Part shown: positions 39,993-50,809 of the stretch, piece after piece
Numbering within the stretch: the stretch's first letter is position 1
Layout: each line of letters begins with the position of its first letter
Source: Bacteroidales bacterium
GTDB taxonomy: Bacteria > Bacteroidota > Bacteroidia > Bacteroidales > UBA1402
DNA: 64,000 bases
Assembly: GCA_017468435.1 (NCBI GenBank)
Contig: JAFUIP010000020.1
Location: forward strand, 157-64,156
Direction of reading: 5' to 3'
Translations under genes and position numbers: made by a program
The notes under the pieces: generated by a model
What the model was told of the DNA's origin: nothing
What the model saw: the letters and a program-made list of their open reading frames with translations, nothing else
Databases searched by the model: none

Positions 39993-41684
39993 TTATTTGT
40001 TTTTTCCCATCATTATGTTTGAAATAGGACTGCCGGCAGGAATCATAGGATATACCAGGCCGTTTTGTTCCACTTTCACTTCCAACACGTAAGGGCCCTG
40101 ATGCGCAATCATATCTGCGATAGCTTGTTGCAAATCTTCTCTTTTTTCCACGCAAGTTGAGGCAATGCCATAGGCCTGGGCAATCTTTACGAAATCTGGA
40201 TTTATCATAGGCGTAGAAGAATAACGTTCTTGCCAGAAAAGTTCCTGCCACTGACGAACCATACCCAAATAACTGTTGTTCAAGATGATAAGCTTCACCG
40301 GCATCTGATATTGGAGAATAGTGCCCAATTCCTGAATGGTCATCTGTATGCCGCCATCACCACACACCACATAGGTTTCTGCCTGAGGATCGCCCAGAGC
40401 GGCGCCGATAGCTGCCGGAAAGCCAAAGCCCATGGTGCCCAATCCGCCCGAAGCAATAAACTGTCGCTTGGGAGATGCACTGAAATATCGAGCTGAAACC
40501 ATCTGATTCTGACCCACATCGGCCACCAGATTGGCATGTTCACCGGCCTGATCCGACAATGATTTCAAGACTTCGGCCATGGTCAAGGCTTCCTGTTCGG
40601 GATATAAATCCTTGCGAATCACTTCCTCGTATTCTTGCTGACGATAAGGCGCGAAACTTTCAATCCAGGCCGTATGCTTGGCCGGCTGAATCAGCTGTGT
40701 CAAGGCTGGCAAGGACTCCTTCACGTCGGCCACGATGGCCACATCTACCTTCACGTTCTTGTTGATTTCGGAAGGATCTATGTCGAGATGAATGATTTTC
40801 GCCTGAGGCGCATAAGACTTGATGTCACCGGTAACGCGGTCGGAGAATCGCATACCGATGGCAATGAGCACGTCGCAAGCATTGGTCTGACGATTGGGCG
40901 CCACATTGCCGTGCATGCCCACCATACCCATATTCAAAGGATAATCTTCTGCCATGATGGATAGGCCCATGAGCGTGGAAGCAGCCGGAATATCTGCCTT
41001 TTCCAAAAAAGCGTAGAGTTCGGGAATGGCGCGTCCCAATTGCACGCCTTGACCCACCACGGCCAAAGGTCGTTGAGCCGCATTGATGAGCGCGGCGGCT
41101 TCTTGCAAAGCGCTTTCGGAAGGCGTTGGATAAGCCTGATAACTACGGATGAAATCGCAAGCCTTGTAATGAAAATCGAGCATCTGCACCTGTGCATCCT
41201 TGGAGATATCGAGCACCACCGGACCGGGACGACCCACACGGGCAATGTAGAAAGCACGAGCCACCGCCCAGGGAATATCTTCGGCACGACGCACCTGATA
41301 GCTCCATTTGGTGACCGGCTGTGTGATACCAATCACGTCGGTTTCCTGAAAACTATCGCTACCCAACTGAGCCACCGTCGATTGGCCGGTAATAATGACC
41401 AAGGGCGTACTGTCCATCATGGCATCGGCCGCACCGGTAACAATATTGGTTGCAGCAGGGCCGGAAGTCACCATTACCAAACCGGGTTTTCCAGACACGC
41501 GCGCATAGCCTTGCGCCGCATGAACGGCACCTTGCTCGTGACGAGTCAATATAAACTTAAAATCATCTTGATACGAATACAAGGCATCAAAAGCGGGAAT
41601 GATGAAACCGCCGGGATAACCGAAAATCGTATCTACTTTTTCTTCTTTAAAACAGCGCATCAGCGCTTCAGCACCACTAATCAT
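39993..41684 (-). CDS. ilvB: Acetolactate synthase large subunit
   Basis: FGYPGG, RHEQGA, SGGLGTMGFG, GDGG..M...NNSYLGMVRQWQ TPP motif. Confidence 0.97.
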   Translation of the reverse strand: MISGAEALMRCFKEEKVDTIFGYPGGFIIPAFDALYSYQDDFKFILTRHEQGAVHAAQGYARVSGKPGLVMVTSGPAATNIVTGAADAMMDSTPLVIITGQSTVAQLGSDSFQETDVIGITQPVTKWSYQVRRAEDIPWAVARAFYIARVGRPGPVVLDISKDAQVQMLDFHYKACDFIRSYQAYPTPSESALQEAAALINAAQRPLAVVGQGVQLGRAIPELYAFLEKADIPAASTLMGLSIMAEDYPLNMGMVGMHGNVAPNRQTNACDVLIAIGMRFSDRVTGDIKSYAPQAKIIHLDIDPSEINKNVKVDVAIVADVKESLPALTQLIQPAKHTAWIESFAPYRQQEYEEVIRKDLYPEQEALTMAEVLKSLSDQAGEHANLVADVGQNQMVSARYFSASPKRQFIASGGLGTMGFGFPAAIGAALGDPQAETYVVCGDGGIQMTIQELGTILQYQMPVKLIILNNSYLGMVRQWQELFWQERYSSTPMINPDFVKIAQAYGIASTCVEKREDLQQAIADMIAHQGPYVLEVKVEQNGLVYPMIPAGSPISNIMMGKNK

Positions 41685-41700
41685 TGCTTAAAATATTGTA

Positions 41701-43527
41701 TCAGATAATACGTACTGCTCCTTTATCGGCCGAGCTGACAGCCTGTGCATAAGCTCGCAAAGCCTTTGAAACCACCCGATTGCGACTTGGTTGGAATGCT
41801 TCTTTTCCCTTGGCCTCTTCTTGGGCTCGACGTGCGCGCAATTCCTCGTCGCTCAAATCCACGCGGATAAGGCGTGAAGGAATGTCAATCTCGATAAGGT
41901 CGTTCTCACGCACCAGCGCAATGTCGCCTCCGGCTGCCGCCTCCGGCGACACATGCCCGATGGACAAACCCGAAGTTCCGCCCGAAAATCTTCCGTCCGT
42001 CACCAAGGCACATTCTTTGCCCAAATGTCTGGACTTGATATACGAAGTGGGATACAGCATTTCCTGCATACCGGGACCACCTTTCGGACCTTCATACACA
42101 ATGAGCACCACATCTCCGCTTTGCACCTTGCCCGAGAGAATGCCCTCGCAAGCATCTTCCTGAGAATGGAACACGCGGGCCGGACCTTTGAACTTCCAGA
42201 TAGATTCGTCCACGCCGGCCGTCTTCACCACGCAACCGTCCAGAGCGATGTTTCCTTTCAGCACAGCCAGACCGCCATCTTTGGTATAAGCATGCGCCAT
42301 ATCGCGGATACAGCCGCTTTCGCGGTTATCGTCGAGACTTTCGTAATAGCATTCCTGCGAGGCCAGCACATTGCTGAAACGACGGGCGGGCGCCACTTTA
42401 TACATATCAATCGCTTCCTGGCAAACATTGGGCGATGTCAGAGCGTAGGCATCCATGGCGGCAGCGAGCGTCAAGCCATCCACGCGAGAAACATTCTTGT
42501 CGATGAGATCCGCTTTCGACAATTCGTACAGGATAGACAGGATTCCGCCGGCTCGGTTGACGTCTTGCATGTGATATTTTTTGGTATTGGGCGCCACCTT
42601 GCAAAGACAAGGCACACGGCGCGAAAGTGCATCTATATCGTCCATGGTAAAATTCACTTCGGCTTCTTGGGCAATGGCCAACAAATGCAATACGGTATTG
42701 GTAGATCCGCCCATGGCAATGTCCAAGGTCATGGCATTCAAGAAGGCGCTACGCGTGGCAATGGAACGAGGCAAAACCGATTCGTCGCCATCGACATAAT
42801 ACGCCATGGCATTCTTCACAATCTGACGAGCTGCTTTCTTAAAAAGTTCCTTGCGCTGCACATGCGTGGCCAAAATGCTTCCGTTACCGGGCAAAGCCAT
42901 ACCCAAAGCCTCATTCAGACAGTTCATAGAATTGGCCGTAAACATACCGCTGCAACAGCCGCAACCCGGACAGGCACAAGCCTCTACCCTTTTCATTTGT
43001 TCATCGCTCACCGAAGCATCGGCGCCTTGAATCATGGCATCGATCAGGTCGAGGTGTTCGCCATCGAGTTCGCCGGCTTCCATCGGACCGCCGGACACAA
43101 ATACGGTGGGAATATTCAAACGCATGGAAGCCATGAGCATGCCGGGCGTTATCTTATCGCAATTGCTGATACAGATCATCGCATCGGCTTTGTGCGCATT
43201 CACCATGTATTCAACACTGTCGGCAATAATGTCGCGCGAAGGCAAAGAATACAGCATACCGTCGTGACCCATGGCGATGCCGTCGTCTATGGCAATGGTG
43301 TTGAACTCGGCTGCAAAACAACCCAATTTTTCAATTTCTGCCTTTACTTCCTGTCCGATTTCATGCAGATGCACATGCCCTGGAACAAACTGTGTAAATG
43401 AATTGACCACAGCAATGATAGGCTTTCCCATCTGCTCTTTTTTCATACCATTGGCGGCCCACAAAGCGCGGGCTCCGGCCATTCTTCTTCCCTGTGTGCA
43501 GTCGTCGCTGCGAAGTGGATGTTTCAT
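41701..43527 (-). CDS. ilvD: Dihydroxy-acid dehydratase
   Basis: [46 protein letters not shown]. Confidence 0.98.
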   Translation of the reverse strand: MKHPLRSDDCTQGRRMAGARALWAANGMKKEQMGKPIIAVVNSFTQFVPGHVHLHEIGQEVKAEIEKLGCFAAEFNTIAIDDGIAMGHDGMLYSLPSRDIIADSVEYMVNAHKADAMICISNCDKITPGMLMASMRLNIPTVFVSGGPMEAGELDGEHLDLIDAMIQGADASVSDEQMKRVEACACPGCGCCSGMFTANSMNCLNEALGMALPGNGSILATHVQRKELFKKAARQIVKNAMAYYVDGDESVLPRSIATRSAFLNAMTLDIAMGGSTNTVLHLLAIAQEAEVNFTMDDIDALSRRVPCLCKVAPNTKKYHMQDVNRAGGILSILYELSKADLIDKNVSRVDGLTLAAAMDAYALTSPNVCQEAIDMYKVAPARRFSNVLASQECYYESLDDNRESGCIRDMAHAYTKDGGLAVLKGNIALDGCVVKTAGVDESIWKFKGPARVFHSQEDACEGILSGKVQSGDVVLIVYEGPKGGPGMQEMLYPTSYIKSRHLGKECALVTDGRFSGGTSGLSIGHVSPEAAAGGDIALVRENDLIEIDIPSRLIRVDLSDEELRARRAQEEAKGKEAFQPSRNRVVSKALRAYAQAVSSADKGAVRII

Positions 43528-43539
43528 CTTTATACTTGT

Positions 43540-43569
43540 AAAAAAAGCCCTCCCAAAACGGAAAGGCTT
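43540..43569 (-). terminator. Attenuator terminator of ilv operon
   Basis: AAGCCTTTCC-GTTTT-GGGAGGGCTT-TTTTT on minus strand, 12 bp upstream of ilvD start. Confidence 0.88.
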
Positions 43570-43606
43570 GTACTTATATTATCATTATTAAAGCAAATGC
43601 CTTTCC

Positions 43607-43669
43607 TTATCTCTTCGTCACCACGACCAAAAGAATCACGACATTCACCAGAATAATAATAGTATGCAT
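43607..43669 (-). CDS. ilv operon leader peptide MHTIIILVNVVILLVVVTKR
   Basis: 20-codon ORF with 13 Ile/Leu/Val codons, between the TACCTTTG promoter (43693-43700) and the terminator; below the ORF-track cutoff. Confidence 0.9.
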   Translation of the reverse strand: MHTIIILVNVVILLVVVTKR

Positions 43670-43767
43670 ATTGTTTTTGTTAATTACGGGCGCAAAGGTA
43701 ATTCATTCTTGTTTTCGTAGCAAATAATCTTTGGTAAAATTTTGCATAATGAATGAATATTCGGCAA

Positions 43768-44241
43768 TTATTCATGATGATAAGGTTCTCCGTTCAAAAT
43801 GGTCATGGCACGATACATCTGTTCCACAAAAAACACCCGCACCATTTGATGGGAGAAAGTCATTTTAGACAAGGAAATGCGTTCTCTCACAGCATCATAC
43901 ACGCTCTGATCGAAACCATAAGGGCCACCGATAACAAAGACCAACTGACGCAGACCGGCATTCATTTTTTTCTGCATCCATTTAGAAAATTGCATAGAAG
44001 TCTGTTCCAAGCCCCTCTCATCGAGAAGCACCAAAAGGTTTTCAGGCTTGTTCCAAGCAAGAATTTGTTCGGCCTCTTTTGCCTTTATCTGCGCCTCGCT
44101 CAAGCTTTTAGTCGATTTCAAATCGGGAATGGTCTCCATGCGGAAATCCACATAATGTTTCAGACGGGCTGCATAATCTTCTATGGCTTGCACGGCATAT
44201 TTATCCACCGTTTTTCCCACTTGCAACAATATCACTCTCAT
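43768..44241 (-). CDS. rlmH: 23S rRNA m3Psi1915 methyltransferase
   Basis: LDERG, FVIGGPYGF, SLSKMTFSHQMVR..EQMYRA..I..GEPYHHE. Confidence 0.96.
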   Translation of the reverse strand: MRVILLQVGKTVDKYAVQAIEDYAARLKHYVDFRMETIPDLKSTKSLSEAQIKAKEAEQILAWNKPENLLVLLDERGLEQTSMQFSKWMQKKMNAGLRQLVFVIGGPYGFDQSVYDAVRERISLSKMTFSHQMVRVFFVEQMYRAMTILNGEPYHHE

Positions 44242-44251
44242 AACAATTCTC

Positions 44252-45175
44252 TCAAAGTGAAGGATTTATCCAATTAATATGAATACCGCGACGCTCTTGC
44301 ATGCCACGGAACCATGTCATCTGACGCTTGGCAAACTGATGAATGGCGATTTCCAAAGCTCGAAGCATTTCTTCGTAAGAAAGCGCCCCCGTCAGATAAA
44401 GAGTCAAGTACTTGTATTCCAAGCCATAATAAATCAGATCATCGGGCGCGACACCGGCATCGAGCAAAGCGCGGACCTCGTCCACCATGCCTTCTTCGAG
44501 ACGGGCACGCAGACGCTTGGAAATACGCTCACGACGCAAATCCCTATCGACTTCCAAACCCACCACGTAAGGCTTTATCTCGGGGAATGCTTCCACTCCT
44601 TTTCTAATTTCGTCGGCATGCTGCTGATAATACACTTCAATTTCAATGGCGCGGATGGCGCGTTTCACGTTGTCTACATCGGTTTGGTTATGAAGGCTTT
44701 GGCCCGAAGCTTGCTTATACGATGCCAGCAGTTCCGTCAATTCTTCCAAGGATTTATCGGCCAAGGATGCGCGCAATTCGGGATTGTCCGGCACATTGAT
44801 GAGCGGATAGGCTTTCAGCACCGATTCTATATACAAACCCGTACCGCCACAAAGAATGGGCATTTTCCACCGCGAACGGATATCCCGGAAAGCTGTCACG
44901 AAATCTCGCTGAAATTCATAGACATTGTACTTGCTTCCGGCCGGACAGATATCGATAAGATGATACGGAATGCTGCGTCCATCGGGCAAGGTATATTCCG
45001 AAAGGTCTTTTCCCGTGCCTATATCCATGCCGCGGTACACTTGTCGAGAGTCGGCAGAAATAATTTCGGCATCGAGTCGGGCGGCCCACTGTACAGCATA
45101 ATGCGTTTTGCCGCAAGCCGTCGGGCCCAGCACAACCAAGAGGTTGGTATCTTTAGGAAAATCAGGAAATTTCAT
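44252..45175 (-). CDS. miaA: tRNA dimethylallyltransferase
   Basis: GPTACGKT, SADSRQVYRGMDIGTGK, GGTGLY, FAKRQMTWF; start at 45175 or 45190. Confidence 0.93.
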   Translation of the reverse strand: MKFPDFPKDTNLLVVLGPTACGKTHYAVQWAARLDAEIISADSRQVYRGMDIGTGKDLSEYTLPDGRSIPYHLIDICPAGSKYNVYEFQRDFVTAFRDIRSRWKMPILCGGTGLYIESVLKAYPLINVPDNPELRASLADKSLEELTELLASYKQASGQSLHNQTDVDNVKRAIRAIEIEVYYQQHADEIRKGVEAFPEIKPYVVGLEVDRDLRRERISKRLRARLEEGMVDEVRALLDAGVAPDDLIYYGLEYKYLTLYLTGALSYEEMLRALEIAIHQFAKRQMTWFRGMQERRGIHINWINPSL

Positions 45176-45246
45176 AGATGACACATTCATTTTTTGCGAA
45201 CGCGAAGATACGCAAAGATGTGCGAAAACAAGATAGGATACGGCAT

Positions 45247-45280
45247 AAAAAAAGCGTGCCGCGGAAAATCCGCGGCACGC
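45247..45280 (-). terminator. gap terminator
   Basis: 12-bp GC stem GCGTGCCGCGGA/TCCGCGGCACGC plus U7 on minus strand. Confidence 0.9.
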
Positions 45281-45305
45281 CCCATATTCTGTTCTCGAGC
45301 AAAGA

Positions 45306-46328
<1,023 letters not shown>

Positions 46329-46643
46329 TTAAATTATAGACCCTTCTCAGAGTCTTGGTTAATAATACTTTTTCTTCTTCGAAATTTGGCGCAAAAGTAC
46401 GCATTATTTTCACGAAATACAAGCATCCGAAGCCAATTATTTCATCTCGAAAAATAAAATGACGTATCAACCACAATTACAAGGCGTCGCGCAAGCCGAC
46501 AATAAAAAAACAAGCAAGCAACAAGCCAGAACAACAAATCCGATTCTTTTCATTTTTTTGAAATTTGATGACAAAGGTAAGGAGAATATCCCGCAATTAT
46601 ACTTATCTTAGCGCTCTTTTTGAAACAAAAACAAAATAGACAA

Positions 46644-47930
46644 ATGTCAAACCCTATAGATAAGCAAAAACCGCAAGCCAAAATACCTTGGAAGCTTGTG
46701 TCGATGATAGGCGGGATTTTTGGAATAATCGGATTGATTCTTCTCATTATAAGTGGATTAGGAGACAAGAACAAAGCCAAAAACGAAGCCCGCGAAGTCT
46801 GTTCGGAAGAAGATCCGGCCACCTATTTTTTGGGCATCCGCACCGACACGCTCTGTAGCACGGAAGGTCGCGTGAGAAACGGAGCCAGCCTGTCGAGCCT
46901 GCTAAGCCAATACGGCGTATCCATGGCCACCATAGACCGCACCGCCCGCGTGTCCCGTCCCGTCTTCGATGTCAGACGCATCGTGGCCGGACATCAATAC
47001 ATGGCCATGTGCACGCAAGACAGCCTGCCCCGTCTGAAGTATTTTCTTTACCGCGAAACCCCCACCGACTACGTCATTTTCGACTACGCCGACAGCATTC
47101 GCGTGTATCGTGCTCAGAAAGAGAAGGTTTGCCGCCAGATGCACTGCGAAGGCCAAATTGAATCTTCGCTTTGGCAAACCCTGCACGACAATGGCGACAA
47201 CATAGAACTATCTTTCGCGCTTTCTGATATTTACGCCTGGCAGATAGACTTTTTCGCCATTCAGAAGGGAGATTATTTCAAACTCATTTACGATGAATAT
47301 TTCATAGATGACACCGTATCGGTGGGCATTGGCGACATTCATGTGGCACAATTCAACCACAGCGGAAAGGATTATTTTGCCATTCCCTTTACACAAGATG
47401 GTTTCAAGGATTATTTCGACGAAAACGGCATGAACCTGCGTCGCGCATTTCTGAAAGCGCCGCTGAAGTATTCACGCATCAGTTCGAAATTCAGTCATGG
47501 ACGCATGCATCCCGTGCTCCGCATCCGTCGTCCGCATCATGGCGTGGATTATGCAGCGCCTACCGGAACACCGGTGATGAGCATCGGGGCGGGTGTTGTC
47601 ACCAAGAAGGCTTACCAGAAAAACGGCGGCGGCAACTACGTCACCATCAAGCATAACGGCACTTACACCACCACTTACATGCACCTTCATGGATTTGCCA
47701 AAGGACTGGAAGTGGGCAAAAAAGTATCGCAAGGAGAAGTGATAGGTTACGTGGGCTCTACCGGACTCTCCACCGGCCCGCACTTGGATTTCCGCGTGTA
47801 TATGAACGGACAGCCCATAGATCCGCTCAAGATGGAATCTCCGCCATCGGTGCCCTTGAAAGAATGTCATCGCGACAGTTTCATGTTGATTAAAGACAGT
47901 TTGATACAATGTATTTCAAAGATATCATAG
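46644..47930 (+). CDS. M23 family murein endopeptidase (MepM-like)
   Basis: N-terminal TM helix; HHGVDYAAP, YMHL, TGPHLDF Zn motifs. Confidence 0.92.
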   Translation: MSNPIDKQKPQAKIPWKLVSMIGGIFGIIGLILLIISGLGDKNKAKNEAREVCSEEDPATYFLGIRTDTLCSTEGRVRNGASLSSLLSQYGVSMATIDRTARVSRPVFDVRRIVAGHQYMAMCTQDSLPRLKYFLYRETPTDYVIFDYADSIRVYRAQKEKVCRQMHCEGQIESSLWQTLHDNGDNIELSFALSDIYAWQIDFFAIQKGDYFKLIYDEYFIDDTVSVGIGDIHVAQFNHSGKDYFAIPFTQDGFKDYFDENGMNLRRAFLKAPLKYSRISSKFSHGRMHPVLRIRRPHHGVDYAAPTGTPVMSIGAGVVTKKAYQKNGGGNYVTIKHNGTYTTTYMHLHGFAKGLEVGKKVSQGEVIGYVGSTGLSTGPHLDFRVYMNGQPIDPLKMESPPSVPLKECHRDSFMLIKDSLIQCISKIS

Positions 47931-49069
47931 GACAAGACAAGATCAAGTCTCGGCTCATTCATTGCGTGCAGGAAAACAAGATTCCTCATGCGCTGCTGTT
48001 GGCCGGCCCGGAAGGTGTCGGAAAACTGGGGCTTGCCATTGCCTTTGCCCGCTATCTTTGCTGCACCGACCGCGGCGAACATGATGCTTGCGGAAAATGT
48101 CCTTCATGCCAGAAATTCAACAAGTTGGCTCATCCCGATTTGCATTTTACCTTTCCCATTTACAAGGCTTCGCCCGACAGCGTCTGCGACCATTTCATGA
48201 AGACTTGGAGAACGCAGATCCAATCGGATGTCTATTTTAATTTCCATCAGTGGATGGACGTCATAGGGGCCGGCAATACACAGGGTCAGATTTATGAAAA
48301 GGAAAGCGGGGAAATCTTGCGAAAATTATCGCTGAAATCCTACGAAAGCGACTATAAGGTGATGATTATCTGGCTTCCCGAGAAGATGAATCAGAATTGT
48401 TCCAACAAGTTGCTGAAAATTATCGAAGAGCCGCCGCAAAACACCATTTTCATCTTGGTTTGCGAAAACACCGATCAACTTATCGGCACCATTTATTCGC
48501 GTAGCCAATTGATGCAGGTCAAGCGGATTGCCCTACCCGATTTGCAGGATGCCACCAGAAAACATTATCCGCAATTGTCGGAGAATCAGGCACTCTCCTT
48601 TGCCCGTTTGTCGGAAGGTTCTTGGATCAAATTGCGCAACCTCATCAGCAGCAGCCAGGAAAGCCAATTCATGCTCGATCAATTTGTGCGCTGCATGAGA
48701 GGCGCTTACACCATTGCCAACTTTTCGCCGGCCAAGAAAGTGGAAAAACAAAACAGCCTTATCGACCTGAAACTCTGGTCGGAAGAGATGGCAAAAATAG
48801 GTCGCGAAAAGCAGAAGCAGTTCTGCACTTACGCACAAAACCTGATCAGGGAGAATTACATCATGAACTTGCGTGAGCCTCAACTCAATTATTTAGAGCC
48901 TTCGCAGGAAGTTTTTTCATCGAAGTTTTTCCCCTTCATCAACGACAAGAATATTGAATCTTTCATGGCCGAATTTGAATTGGCCGAAAAACATATAGAA
49001 CAGAACGTCAATGCGCGCATGGTTTTCTTCGACTTGGCGCTGAAAGCGATTCTATTGTTCAAAAAATAA
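47909..49069 (+). CDS. holB: DNA polymerase III delta-prime subunit
   Basis: HALLLAGPEGVGK, CGKCPSC, HPDLH, NKLLKIIEEPP. Confidence 0.93.
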   Translation: MYFKDIIGQDKIKSRLIHCVQENKIPHALLLAGPEGVGKLGLAIAFARYLCCTDRGEHDACGKCPSCQKFNKLAHPDLHFTFPIYKASPDSVCDHFMKTWRTQIQSDVYFNFHQWMDVIGAGNTQGQIYEKESGEILRKLSLKSYESDYKVMIIWLPEKMNQNCSNKLLKIIEEPPQNTIFILVCENTDQLIGTIYSRSQLMQVKRIALPDLQDATRKHYPQLSENQALSFARLSEGSWIKLRNLISSSQESQFMLDQFVRCMRGAYTIANFSPAKKVEKQNSLIDLKLWSEEMAKIGREKQKQFCTYAQNLIRENYIMNLREPQLNYLEPSQEVFSSKFFPFINDKNIESFMAEFELAEKHIEQNVNARMVFFDLALKAILLFKK

Positions 49070-49076
49070 GACGATT

Positions 49077-50375
49077 ATGGAATACAGACTTACCAATACC
49101 GGCTTTCTGATGAACATAAAAGGAAGCAACGGAGTAACCATTAAGAAGCTGAATACCTTCGACTGGCTTTGCGACCTACCCCAGGCGCAGGCGGCCACTG
49201 ACTTTGTGGAAGTTCAGTTCAAAAATACTCGAAAAGGATATTACCTGAACAGCAACAAGATTGCCCTGCGCAAAGGCGATTGGGTAGCCGTGGAATCTTC
49301 GCCTGGCCACGATATCGGACAGGTGTCGCTGACGGGACAGTTGGTGCTGAAGCAGATGAAGAAGACGCGTTATCGTTTCGACCAGGAAGCCAAGCGTATC
49401 TACCGCAAAGCGCGTCCGGCCGATATGGAAAAATACGAAGAATCCAAGGCCAAGGAACACGACACCATGCTCCGTTCTCGAAAGATTGCCGAAGACCTGC
49501 ATCTCGACATGAAAATCGGCGACGTGGAATACCAAGGCGACGGCAACAAGGCCATCTTCTACTACATTGCCGACGGCCGCGTCGATTTCCGCGAACTCAT
49601 TAAAGTCTTGGCCGATGTTTTCCGTATCCGCATCGAAATGAAGCAGATCGGTGCCCGCCAGGAAGCCGGTCGTATAGGCGGTATCGGACCTTGTGGCCGC
49701 GAAATGTGCTGCTCGGCCTGGATGAGCAACTTTGTTTCGGTATCGACCAACGCGGCCCGTTGCCAAGACCTGAGCCTGAATCCGCAGAAGCTGGCCGGCC
49801 AATGTGCCAAGCTGAAGTGTTGCATGAATTACGAAATCGATACCTACGTGGAAGCTTCGCGCGCCTTCCCCAACAAGGACGTGACGCTCGAAACCAAGGA
49901 TGCCACTTATTATCAGGTAAAATGCGACTTGCTGAAAAAGGAAATCACCTACTCTACATCCAAAGATACTTTCAGCAACGTGCAAACCATCACTACCGAC
50001 CGCGCTTGGCAAATCATCAAACTGAATCGCCGTGGCGTAAAGGTGGAAAGCCTCTCTGAAAACAGCATCCTCAGCGAACAGAGCGCATTTGGCGACATTT
50101 TAGGTCAGGATGTCACTCGTTTCGACAAACCGCAACGCAACAAAGAGCGTCGCCACAAGGACCGCTCGAAGGGCAACAAGAACGCGCATCAGGGTGGCAA
50201 GGAGCAAAAGGCCCGCAGCGAGCGAAGCGAACGTGCTCATGGCGAACGCAACGAGCAAAACCGTAACGAACAAGCGCGAAGCGAACGCAACGAGCAAAAC
50301 CGCAACGAACACAGAAAGCATCGCGATAGAAATCACAAGCCCAGAGGCGAAAGAAGCGAACGTGGCGAAGCATGA
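49077..50375 (+). CDS. PSP1-domain / RicT(YaaT)-like protein with low-complexity basic tail
   Basis: YYIADGRVDFRELIK, RIEMKQIGARQEA..GGIGPCGRE.CC, KLAGQCAKLKCC. Confidence 0.92.
   Translation: MEYRLTNTGFLMNIKGSNGVTIKKLNTFDWLCDLPQAQAATDFVEVQFKNTRKGYYLNSNKIALRKGDWVAVESSPGHDIGQVSLTGQLVLKQMKKTRYRFDQEAKRIYRKARPADMEKYEESKAKEHDTMLRSRKIAEDLHLDMKIGDVEYQGDGNKAIFYYIADGRVDFRELIKVLADVFRIRIEMKQIGARQEAGRIGGIGPCGREMCCSAWMSNFVSVSTNAARCQDLSLNPQKLAGQCAKLKCCMNYEIDTYVEASRAFPNKDVTLETKDATYYQVKCDLLKKEITYSTSKDTFSNVQTITTDRAWQIIKLNRRGVKVESLSENSILSEQSAFGDILGQDVTRFDKPQRNKERRHKDRSKGNKNAHQGGKEQKARSERSERAHGERNEQNRNEQARSERNEQNRNEHRKHRDRNHKPRGERSERGEA
50242..50311 (+). repeat. 39-bp-period duplication in PSP1 tail
   Basis: GCGAACGCAACGAGCAAAACCGYAACGAACA at 50242-50272 and 50281-50311 (ERNEQNRNE x2). 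Confidence 0.9.
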
Positions 50376-50809
50376 AAAGGATTCTGTCCATCGTATTGTT
50401 AGCTTGCCTTTGCAGTGCCTGCTGCCATCGGGAAAGCATTTATCATCAGTATCTTTACTTTCAGGATTATTCTTGGAAGCAAAGCGATACACTTATTTTT
50501 TGCGTAGATGCCGAGCCGCATTTAGCCGAGAAATGCCAAGAGAGTCAAGCCCTTTACCAAATAGCAATAGACGAACATTCCTTGAAAGCTTACCCGTATC
50601 AGCACTTATGGGTGGCCATCCGCAGCACGAGCGACAGCCTCAGCCACATCGACACCCTCGATTTGTTGCAAAAAGAAAACTTATCCATCGATTGTCCCTT
50701 CAGACTTTCGGCGGATAAGTTCCCCTTTTCTGTCGATTTTTATCACCTGATGCAAGACGAGGCATTACCCAATTTGCATCGTATCGGATTAGAAATCAAG
50801 CTTCTTTGA
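50372..50809 (+). CDS. GldH-like lipoprotein
   Basis: Lipobox LCSAC, YHQY....W...DTL, YPYQHLW, DTL, IGL; position after PSP1 matches usual Bacteroidetes synteny. Confidence 0.72.
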   Translation: MKRILSIVLLACLCSACCHRESIYHQYLYFQDYSWKQSDTLIFCVDAEPHLAEKCQESQALYQIAIDEHSLKAYPYQHLWVAIRSTSDSLSHIDTLDLLQKENLSIDCPFRLSADKFPFSVDFYHLMQDEALPNLHRIGLEIKLL

